NCBI GenBank assembly: GCA_965637545.1
Contig: OZ281494.1
Span: 7,564,001-7,628,000, forward strand
DNA: 64,000 nt
Direction: 5' to 3'
Source of the DNA: Phallusia mammillata
Lineage: Eukaryota
Part shown: in pieces, positions 40,601 through 52,600 of the stretch
How the letters are laid out: every line of letters starts with the position of its first letter
Position numbering within the stretch: the stretch's first letter is position 1
The notes under the pieces: model-generated
What the model saw: the letters and a program-made list of their open reading frames with translations, nothing else
Databases searched by the model: none
Told to the model about the DNA's origin: nothing
Translations under genes and position numbers: made by a program

Positions 40601-43600
40601 TTTGAAGTCTTAAAATTAGATTTGTGTGAAAAAGTTTTGCATACATAGTGTTTTAATGCAATAAAAAACTGTCAATTTTTATGTTTTATCCCCATTTAGC
40701 AACCAAGTCTGCACAAAAATGTTCGTATTCAAACAAAATTTTCATGACTAATCTTTAAAAACACTTAAAACTAGTCCTTTGAATGACATATGAGTCCCGT
40801 TTTTTTTAAAAAAAGCTCCTGCATTTTCGAATTACAAAGATTCGCACATTAGAAAACAGAGTAAACGTACAAAATCATAATGGGCTTAGACTTTATCACT
40901 GTCTTATGGTGCGTGTCATCGACAACGAGGTCTTTACATGCATCAGCTTTGTCTTCTGAGAAAAAAGTATTAAAACCCACCAGGTAACAGAGCATCCATT
41001 CGTGCTGAGCCAATATCGTAAAACCAACGACGGGCAGACAAATCAATCCAGCCTCGTAAGAGTGACATTGTTCGCCGCTTTACGATCGCTCAGTCAAGGC
41101 CCACAGTTAACCGCTAATAGGGCCCCCAGCGTAGCTGCTTCCGAGCCCAGAACGGCTTGGTCCACAAACTCCACACAAAAAGCGAGCCCCGTTTCGATTT
41201 TGTTTGCACAGGATGAGGTAACCGCGGTCGTCCTGGCGAAAAACAGATGAGGTAATGGTTTTTTAATTCAGGTGTAAAATTAGTGGTTTCGTTACTCCAC
41301 GCAAACCTCTGTATCAATGGAAAATCTAATCTCGTGCACTCAACCGCGAGTGACGTCACCGGCGTGTGCCACGATGACGTCACCTATGCGTCACCGTATC
41401 AACCGCACGCACTCGGCCAAGTCTTAATGGCAGAAAGCTACTTAAACCACATAAGGGTTAAATTTTCTAGAAATGTGGCATGTTGAGGTTCTAATCTAAT
41501 GACCCTTTGATTCGAATTCCTCGTTTAACTTCCGGCCTGATTTTAAATATATACCCACGCCTTCTACGTAGAACCTCTTTGGTCACTGCCTTAAATGTAT
41601 TGGAAATTAAATTGCCAAGCCCTCCTTATACGGGCAATGACTTTATACTGTGCGTATTGGAATGCCTCCAGCAATACGCTTAAAAAATTAAACCTACACA
41701 AAAATATTCAGTATTAATGATATAGTGTACTTCAAGCTTAATAGACAATATTGCTTTCCATGGTAAATTGCAAAAATACCCGCTTATGTAGACAACTTGG
41801 AGTAATATACAAGATAAGCTCTTTGATTAATCTTAACTATGTTCTTGGGATATCATCAATTTCATGCGTTTTACATTTAAGCAGGAATAAGTATCTTGGG
41901 ATTATTGCCAGTTGGACTTATTAACCCACAAAGCTTTGCCTATTTATTCCATTCGGTTAGATGAGTTCTCTTCCGTTTTTCAGCCCCTATCAGTATATAG
42001 CAATTACACCGTAACGTTCTACATGCTGCTTGCATTATGCCTATAAGCCAAGCCCCTATTACCATTGGCCATAGTGAGATAATATCGCGCGCAAATGTGT
42101 ACACAACAACGTAAAGGGCCACCGAAAATCCACAAAGACAAATAAATGAGGGTCTTTGAGGCCAAAATCGGCCGGAAAATCGTCAAACAAGGTTTGCTTT
42201 TGAGATCTCTTGTTGTCCAAAGCAAACAAAATCTCTGCTGCGATGAAAGCTAAAGAACCCTGCGGGAGATGTTTAAGCGCGATTGTACATGTGTATCTCC
42301 GTTTGGGCTCAATCAGCTGTTGTTCTTGGAGTTGAGTAAATGGCTTTATCTAATATCTCATCGCTTGCTATGCCTGCTTAAACAATCAAACTTAGATCAT
42401 AGTTTTAAACAAGACTGCAAATTTTGTATGTTGGGGCCAATACGACTTACCAATACTAAACAAGCAGATTATGTAATTGTATAAAAAAATATGCATGGGT
42501 GCATATGTTTTAGGCTTAGACAAACAGATATGGACTGAAAATGCAACTTTTTCCAACCCTTTATGTGGCAGGTTTTTCGTAGTTTTAGAAATCCAGATTT
42601 CTTTGTTTCCTTTTTTGTTCGTTTTCGTTTCCGGCTGTTACGCGCTGATTGTTTACCAAGTCAAATATTTACTACCAACGGGATAGTGGACTAAGCGCTT
42701 GGCTCGTACACTTTCACAATGGATCCTGTCATATACCGAGGCGCCGTGACATTTTGATGTATGCCTTTTGAGTCGTGGGGCCCGTAATCATATTTCAGTT
42801 TGCGATTCGGTATTTCTAACGCATAAATTAGGTCCCAAATGCGACGTGACCGATATATCAATTCGCTAATGTACGAAAACGGCTTTGCGAAAAGTGCAAC
42901 GCCCTGTGTTAAAATTGACCAGTTCACAAGCAGCACCTGTTATCAAATTAATTTCACACCTACACTTATTTGGTCCTCTTACGTCATGATATGTCTTTAT
43001 TGCCCTAAATCTTTACGTCACAGCCTGTCAATATTCCCAGTTTCCTATACCATTGCTCTGACCGACCTTTGCGCATACAAAGGCCATGACTTAATGCCGA
43101 GACTTTGATGTTTTTGTTGGTAGCAAATTAGGGATAACGGGGACGCTTCGGGAACACCTGGGTCGCGTCAAGCTTCTTACTGATGCCGTTTCTGGTTAGT
43201 TGGTTGTTAGAACAAGTCAGTTTACCGGCAACATTTAAGTTATAATTGTTTGTGGTTTTTTGAAGTTGAATGAAAAACCGGAAAGGGAAACCAATTTTCG
43301 ATCGCGGGTGTCACTATATGAAGCGTTATATTTTCGCAAAATGTTTTAAACGCTGTGCTTGAAAAAGAACATTGCTGCACCCTTTTTTTCGTTCAAAATC
43401 GCCCTGTCTTTACTTGGAATTATTCATATGTGATGCAAATTGATTGCGGTATCTCAAAACATAAAATTAAGACTGCATTTGTACACAGCATATAATAATA
43501 GGCGATTGTCAATGGGATAGTCAAATCAATTTCTCTTTACAAATGTATATGTAAACAAGTCGATATAATTATGTATGTCGAGTACCACAAACATATTTGT

Positions 43601-46600
43601 TCCGTGTGACATGTTTACACAACAAGTTTCACTTTCGATGTTAACCCAACTCCTTTTCGCAGACCGGACTTCTCCGCACTGAAGAAGATGACTTCCTTTT
43701 GGAGCCGGCTCCCGCGCACGTCAATCACTCTTTCCCTCATCCCCAGCACCCGCATGTCCTCTATAAACGTCGTCATCTCGATGGAGGCAAGCACCGACTT
43801 CACTACTGTGGGAAAAAACGACGCCGTAAGTTGCCTTGTAAATATCACGTCAGGAGTGATTAGTTTGTTTATGACAACACACTCATTGGTGCATCATTGC
43901 GTTGTCCAGTGTGGCTAATTAATTGCTACACTTGACACACTGACACGACGCTATACCCTACGACACGAGCAATGACATTGTTATTGTAAACAAAATCTAC
44001 GTCGGTTACTTGTTTACCAGCAGTGAAAGGGTTTAATTGCTCCGGTTTAAATTTGCTATGGTAACGCTATCACTGGCTATTGCCGTTGATAGCAGCACCT
44101 TTGAATTGGAAGATTGCTCGATGCTTAAACGGAATCAGCATCATTTTGTGGTTAAACTAACTCTGCAATTAAACCTAATCAGCATAGAGCGAAAGGACGT
44201 ATTACTGATGAACTTTTAAGAACGATGATCATAATTGCGTCAATGATTCCCGGTTAATGTTCAACGACTCTATTATTACTTAGGTTGGGCCTCGAATCTA
44301 CCCATCATTAGCAATAGTCTTTGAACAGGCGTGCTTTTTGTAACCCGCGATTTAATAAGACTCCAGGTAAAGAGCTGGCTATTCGGAAGCAATCGAGAGC
44401 GCACTTAATTAACATGCGTCCGCGCAATTCACTATCTTCCCATGTGAGACCGTCAAACGGCGTGTTAAGGTGTCAACCCATCAAGTAGATAATTGCGAAG
44501 TCATATACGTTGTCGCGTTTCGCTGAACAAGTCTTCGCCGCAAAGGCGCGAATCGGTCAAGTGTCTCGAGTGCTGATAATGTCCAGATTGGTGTGTGCGG
44601 TTTTTGGAAACATTTTGTCCAGGTTTAAATGTGGGCTGTGATATTTTCGGGGTTAAGCTCACATCGATTCGGACTGGGGCGGATTTTGGAAACATTGTGT
44701 CCAGGTTAAAGGTGGGACGTGTTTTCTTTATTCAAGGTTAAATTCACATCCATTTGCTAACTTTTAAGTTTTTTATGCTGGTGTGCACAGTTAAGGAGGC
44801 CTATTAGGGAGTTATGGGCCCAAAATTAAGGAGTTTATGAGACCAAAAGATTCCCATACCAGTCCCAACCTTTTCCCGTACAAGTGCTATGTTGAATTCG
44901 AATTTCTCATGACACGTGAATTCCCGGTGATGTTTTTTAAAATCATCAAAGAAACGCTCCAAAAATGTGTTTCCGTTTCCAAACGGTCAGAGTCGCATGG
45001 ATGCCTCGTCTCACGGTTATCTCGTCTCGCCGCTCTTTTGTGTAGTTGATTGTCACCAAACGCGTTACTTCTTTGCTCTGACGCTTGTTCCTCGCGTTCT
45101 CACACAATTTCGTGTCAACAACCAGTGACGTAAAGGGGGCAATGTTATCCGCGCTGTAACTTTTGGAAGAGTACCTATACCTGCTAAAAATGCTGCGAAA
45201 ACGCAACTACGTGACAACCAAAAGCCTTCAGTGGTTTAAAGTCAAACGTGCATATGGTTTCAAATAATGGGTTATATAGGGTTGGCTGTGCTATAATGAA
45301 AGCAAAACGGGTCAAAAGATACAAATAATGCTTTATGTGGGGTTGACTGCTTTTAGAGCAGTGGTTCTCAACTCGTTTTAACTCAGTGGTTCTCAACCTT
45401 TTTTCTTTCGTGGCCCACTTTCATTGCAAAAAAATTCTGTGGCCCAGTAAATTTTTAAGACAGAAAGAATTCAACTATAAAATAGGTTCAGAACAAAAAA
45501 CAAAACAAAAACATTCCTTCTCAATTCCTCCCCAAGCCATTATTCTTGTAAAATTGAGTGTTGTGACACAAATGAAAGTAAATTCTTAAAAAAAGCTTTC
45601 TATTTGGTTGGTCTGTGGCCCAATCAAAATGCTTCCATGGCCCACTGGTTGAGAACCACCTTTTTTAACCCATGGACCACCAAATTCAATTAAATGAATA
45701 TCGTGGTCCAGCCCATTGTAAAATAAGGATAAAGAAAGCATCAAAACAAGCATCTTGGTTTGAAATTGTCCGTGGACCACCAGTTGAGAACCACTGAATG
45801 AGAGGCTGCAATTAATGGGCTATGCATGGGTTGAATCTTAAATGTCTTTGCTACAACAGATATTTGGTGATGAAGTCAATAACTTTCCAATTGTACTCGA
45901 GCATATTGGTAATGGCTTTGCGTCCGTGCATATTCCCAAGCACGCTTAATATACATTTCGATGTTATTTTGCTCTTAAAATATCCTCCCAATATTCCCAC
46001 GTATTGTAGGAACAAGAAGCAACAACTAAAAACCATACACAGGTTGGCTATTCGCTTCAGGTTGCCAAAGGATTTCATCGCTTCGCAAACATGCACGCGC
46101 TTGGCATTTGCATTGACATTTGGGCGACATCAATTATATAGGTCTGTACCGGACGATTACGCTCAATTGCTACGCCGTAATCTATTCCTGTCGACAGGCC
46201 GCGGAGTTCGCAAGCCAAGTGACAAAACGATTGCTTGTTATCGTTACAATGTAAAAGCACATTATTGTGCTTGGTGGTTGTCCATAATAATCTGAAATAT
46301 ACAGGATCGCTTTGTGCACCTTAATATCGCTTTGTGCACCTTAATATCGCTATAGGTGCACATACCACTTGGTGCAACTTTATATCGCTTGGTGCACCTT
46401 TATATTGCTTGGTGCACCTTAAGGTCACTTAGGTAAGCTCTAGGTGTACCAAGCGATCCAGTATTAATTGGATACACCGGTTGAGTATAGCTTTCCTTCT
46501 CTTCATATACGTGACTTGGCAATACACAGCACATAGCAATGATGTCATTCTCGCGGAGCGGCGCGCCTGTGAATCCTTGATGAACACTGTGTGCTTGTGA

Positions 46601-49600
46601 TTCATGAAAGATTCACGCCGACCGGTAACTTGCGGCATTCCAGGCTCTACAATTCCACGACCGTTCCCCGCCTGTGACGGTAAAACAAAAGCCGGGTAAT
46701 GCGATATGTTTGTGGTGCACTGGCCGCTGGTACACGTAGTGCGGGACATTGTCTTCAGTGAGTCAACGAGGGTTGGGGTTTGGTCAAGTGAAAATGATCG
46801 AACACCTTCTTGCAACAGTGTAACCGAAGTTAATGAGAATCTCCTTAGGAATTCTGTCTACGTAAACCATTACACATCACTCAAAATCTCTGAACCACAG
46901 CAAGTGTAAATTGAACCTAGTAGCAAAGCAATCGTCGGCAGGCACACGCAAACACTGGCCTATGTTTTGACTGCATATACTGTTTCCCTATGCGACCCCC
47001 CAAACGGTAGCGACCACACAGGCCTCACAGGGCCCCTTCAATCGACGACCGCCTTTGGGCCAACAGTAAACAGGGCGTTCGCCGCACAAAAGCACCAAGA
47101 GCTCGTAGTAAGCGTTGGAGGGCCATTCAGCTCTTTGGTCGCAAGCTGAGTAGTTTGTTACGAAAACTTCAGCACCGGAACTACGAAACTTTATTTGTCG
47201 TACGCCAGGGGATTACGTCACCCTTGATCTCGGTGGTTAATTACGTCATTGAGGCAATGCTCGTTGCAAAATCTACTTGCCGTTGGATTATGAGCATCAT
47301 AACGTTTTGTTTTACTTTTGACCCAAGGGTTTTTGAACTTGATTTAACTTAACCCTTTGAAGAATAAATTGCAACAAAAGTTCTCTAACTTTTGAAATGC
47401 CAAGTTTGTAGAAGTAAATTTAAAAGTTTGAAAAACTAAAATTGATGTGACCCCTCATATTACTGATGATGGCATGAGCATTTGCCTAAACGTTTAAACA
47501 ACAAAGCATGTCGCGTTTTACGTCTATTTTGGGAGGTTATTTACATTATTAAAATTTATAGAAACGCATAATTTGAAGAAGTAAATTAAGTGTTTTCGCG
47601 AAGGCTTAGAAAACGACAAGTATAAAACTGACTTGCAATTCACAATTGACAAAGCCACTCTAATAGGAATGACCGCAGGGTAAAACGACGATGGTACGAT
47701 AAACTGTGAAAGTGCGACGCTCGTATAAGGCAAACATGATATTTTGTCAAGTGCACGCGTTGGTTAGATCGTCACCGATAAACCATCTCAAATCCCTCCA
47801 ACTCTGCCACCCGACACGATCCATCTTAAAGACCAACGTAGAGACATTGTTTGGCTAAACACAACTCCGACAATGGCACCCCCTTCACGTCACAATGGGT
47901 CTCAAGTAAGCGTTGCCAGGGCGACGGATTTGCCAATGGTTTTATTTTCGCCACGAATTGATTCGATCGCATATACAATAAACCCGGCCTTCGCTTTGTG
48001 TGGGGTCGCCGCGTAGCAAATTTGTTTTTTTCTTTTGCGCCACCTCGAAAGTGGCAAAGCCCCGGCCGCAGACATAGTCATTAATCATAGACCTCATAAG
48101 AGTTTATAAAACCGGGGCTAGACTCAGATTTCGCTCCGTAAACCGCTTTCGGATTGTGAAGTATAAAAACCGATCAGTGTTGTATGTATTTCGTCACAAT
48201 AGCTGTCAAAACTAATCGTATCAGATCATGAGATGGTGTTTGAAAGCCTTCAAATAGTACTTACCTATTTACAAATATGGACTTGTATGTTTGTTGTTTT
48301 AAAAACAGCGTTTCTTTAACTCTTCGATACAATTAAACACTATTGTACACTGAGTAACTTTTTTACACCCAATTTTAGGTATTGACTGACCTTTGGAACT
48401 TGTAAAACGCTAGTATTAAGTAAGCTGCAGACAGTGCACACTGTTTCGACCAATAAGGTCTCATCAGTGCAGCTGGTAATAAGCAATATGCAGTATTAAT
48501 GTTCAGCAGGGGCAAGTTTCATATACTAATCCTAATTGTTTTTCAAACTTATAACCTTTGCCCGATTTTACATCCTTACATCTGGGAACGAAAGGGCGAG
48601 ATACGGTTCCAAAAAAACTCTTAATCCCTATCCTAGCGAGCGTTTACCGTACAAGATTAACCTCATAACAATATCTCGTACATTACAGCCCCTCTGGGTT
48701 GTGGGAAATCTTCGTAAACAATATCGTGCGACTGCCGGGAGCTCACCCTGGGATAAAACCTCACTGCACTTGTTGCTCTTGGCCCGGAAATCCAAATAAT
48801 CTCCTGAAAGTTGGAAGCATTGTCAGTGCAAGGACAAGCACGTGTCTAAAGGCGTACGTTGAGCATTAGAAATGACGGTATAAGTCATGAAACCTGCTCC
48901 ACACGCGATTCGCGGTGAAATAATGTGGCCAGGTCGATTTTGATGCTTGATATCAGAGCTAGATATGTCTTTGTAAGTTGATGTGGAAGTTGACAGCGCA
49001 AAGCCTGTAGCAGCTGCGTTTTTGCCGGGAATCGCATTTTATTGTCACCCGCGTTCAGTGCCGCGAGATTGATATTGAGGTTATAAGGATCGGTATCAAG
49101 TTTAGATTTCATTTTCAGTTTGACCGCACGTGTTCCGCAGGTATGCAACATATTTGCAGCCGTTTACCAAACAAGTACACATTTTTTATCATCACGATTT
49201 CATAAATTCTTAATTTTTTGCTACAAATCTTGATGAGAAATATTACGACCTGCAGATACGTAAAAAGCTACATGCTTTATTGTTTAGAAGTGTCGGCAAA
49301 TTCTTAAGACATAATCAGTGATATGAGGTCACTTCTATATGTTTATATTTTCCTCATTAAACGTATCAACAGATCCGTAAATATAATGTTATTTTATCAC
49401 CAAACATCTCACACTTCCTTAATTTTCATACAGATCCAATTCAAATTCCCAAATCGTCCGAAACAAAGACGATAAAACTGATGTCCAACGGTGAAATCGA
49501 ATTTGAGGAGGATTTTGACCTTCCCAATGACCCTCAAGTGACGTCACGACACCGCAGGTCGGCTGAGCGCGTCACCAGCAACCTGGGGAACCACCTAAAT

Positions 49601-52600
49601 CGCATGGCATCTCCGATCAGGGAAAGGCCTTCGGATAAAAATGTTGAAACTCTGGTGGTGGCCGATCGTGATATGATACGGAATCACGAACGCGATCACA
49701 GGGACATCACGACGTACGTGCTCACGGTCATGAACATGGTGAGTGACGTCAATTTTTTTGTGCAATAAAGCACAGCGGCATTTAAATCTAACCTTTTGGT
49801 AAATAATGTCATTGAGCTGATGTAAAACTTTGGTGAACGTTGCCCTTATAAACGCCTCGTACTGTCGTTTCGATGGAACACAAAAGTTTTGTTCGCAACG
49901 AAATTACCCACGGTGTGCAAATGCCAGAAAAGGCAATTTAATTCGAGCCGTTTAGGGATAGCTTCCACTGGCCTACTTGTTTATTTACTGTAAACCCATT
50001 GGGATAAAATTTGCCGCCAATGGGCAACGGTCACACGCTTTTTCGAACCCAAATGACCAGTGACCACAGGTGGCCAATGAAATAGCTTAACAAACCATAG
50101 AAACCTAAAGGCCCAGTGCTACTTTGTAGTAGCCTATTCCCATTTACTACAAGTTAATTAACCGCCGTTGCGCTGGTGCCCTTTGTGTTCGTTAACTATA
50201 AATAACAGAACTTGGACCACCGACGTTGTTAACAACTGGGATAAGAAACGTGCCCGTTTTGATAGTCATAAATGCTGCTGTTTTGTCGCCTTTGCTGCTT
50301 GGTAGGCGATGAGCAGGCTTTGGGACGAAAAATGCGGTTCGCTGAGCATGAATATGACACGGCCGTGCCCTTGCTGTCAAAACAAGTTTTTGGACCTTTG
50401 TGTTTAAATCTGTCAACCGGTTAGATTTGCTTTGATCATGCGAGGTAGAAGAATAGACCTGGGCCCTATTGAAATCACATTTACGGTTTTACCTTGCTAT
50501 GCCTTAGCTTCTCATGCCCGTGACGTAATCTCTAGTCTCGGAGCAGCTCAGGCGCTGACGTAATGCATGCTTTGTTGATGCACGTCCAGCTCGGCGACGC
50601 GCGGGAGCCTGGCGGGAATTTAGCGTCAAGTTTTGGGCAGCTTTGTTTAACTTTGATAGATCTTTGTTTTGGTTTGCGATTTCGGGCGATATTGGATTTT
50701 TTGTTTAGTCTGCAAGAGCGCTCGCATTAGAGTTGTTGAGTTTACCATATAGGGCACGCTTCTAGTTTATGACCTATTTGACTTTAGCCAACCGTGAAGC
50801 CCACATTGTTGATTTTGACTGTTGGGTCAATCGCACGTTAGAGTGACAAACATAGACAATTTTCGCGCGGATTTATATTTTGACATTTTAATAAGTGTTT
50901 TTGTATCAGCTAAAAAGGGTTTTCTCATAATCTTATGTTCTATTTTTGCCTGCACTGTTTTTTGATACCACAATTCAGCAACGCAAGCTACTTATGATGT
51001 AATTAACCGTGTTTATCAGTTTTGTAACTATGGAGTTGCATTGATTGCTACTTCAGATAAACAAAAAACTTACCTACTCATGAAAACATTTGTCGCAATA
51101 ATGTATATTTTAAGTAATAAAACAATAATTATTGCTTGGCTACAGCAAGTTATAAACCTATTTTATCAGTTTGGTAACCATACGATTAGCATTCGAGTTC
51201 ACATTACAAAACTAGATGTCTACTTACCTTTTATCATACTTTGTTTATTTAACGGTAAGGTACAACAGCCAATTGTTCGGCTGTATACATATGTCACAGG
51301 CAATAATGAAAAAGAAGAATAAACGTTTTGACATTAAAGCTAAAGATTAAAACCGGATACGAGCTGTTTAAATAAGGTCTGCGGACGCATTCTATGTAAA
51401 CAGTAGTGTTTTTGCAACCTTGAGTAACAGCCATGCTACGACAAAAAACAAATAGGTTTTTGCTTTCATCCAGCGGAGATGTTTAACTTAGCCTCATTCA
51501 CTTATATCTATTGCGTCGAATACAGAAAGTAAAGCTTTTTCTTGTCACACCTTTTCCGGACCTACCAGGCCGATTACAGGTCCCGGGAAATCACAGCAGA
51601 CAATCATTTAACCAGGATTCACGGGCCGACGATTTATAATGTCGATTTTATATTGCACCTGTTCATTTATTCTTGGGCGTATAAGCGTCGTGACTGCTTT
51701 CATGTAACTTGTGAGAAAAATGCCGAAAGATAGGGTGTAAGGTTTTAAAAAGTCTATTTTGCGGTATATGATACTTCATGTTTTGTCAAAAATATGCCTG
51801 ATTTTTTTACACGCAAATCAGTTATAACTTAGTTACTGCTTGGCCTTTGTATTACGTACCAGAATACTGGCACAAAACGCTCGTCTTGTGGCCTAAAACG
51901 TTTTTAGGGTATAAAGTTGCAAACAAACACTGTTTATAATTTATGCTGAACAGGCGTTTCGTCCAGCAGGTTGCATGTTTAAAAAAACATCAACAAAATT
52001 ACAAGTTCTTTAATAACAACTGTAGTATTTTGTTTAGCATCACATAAGTTAAACGACAAATTTGTTCAAAAAACACACATTTATGTTGCATAGTCAATAG
52101 TAGGATAAAACTACAACACAACTTGGGGCCTGTTTAAGTCTATTGGCGCCTACAGACAGTAGAGTCATTTTCACGAAGCGTCAATATTTTGTTTCAACGT
52201 CAGTGCGTGGGCAAACCTTGTGTAGAATCTTGTATGCCGCCAGATAACGATCCTGTCCCGTTATCTCGCCTCTGTTTTCATGATTTTGACATGTCGATGA
52301 CGGGATACACACTTTCTGATATAACACAGCTAAACGCTTTGCGCTTGTTTTTCTTTTTCATGTTCCTTCGTCGCCGTTGACGCATGCCGCTGGTGACGTC
52401 ATTAGGTTTCAGGATTGTTTTCGGATCGCACCCTTGACGGACAGGTGAATGTTGTCCTGGTGGGGTTGATGCTTATGGAGGATAATGAGGTACGTATATG
52501 CAATTACATTGTGAACTTTGAACTAATAAAGTATGTTTTGAGTTCGGAGTTCCAACTTTGTTTTTTTTTTAAATTCAGAGAACACTTTTAACGTATTAGA

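Noticed and set aside
45822-46295. 157-aa plus-strand ORF, the longest non-exonic ORF
   Set aside because: Intronic, with no recognisable domain, low-complexity hydrophobic composition typical of AT-rich DNA and no supporting splice structure.
46305-46460. CRISPR-like array
   Set aside because: The repeats are contiguous without unique spacers, the context is a eukaryotic intron and there are no cas genes.
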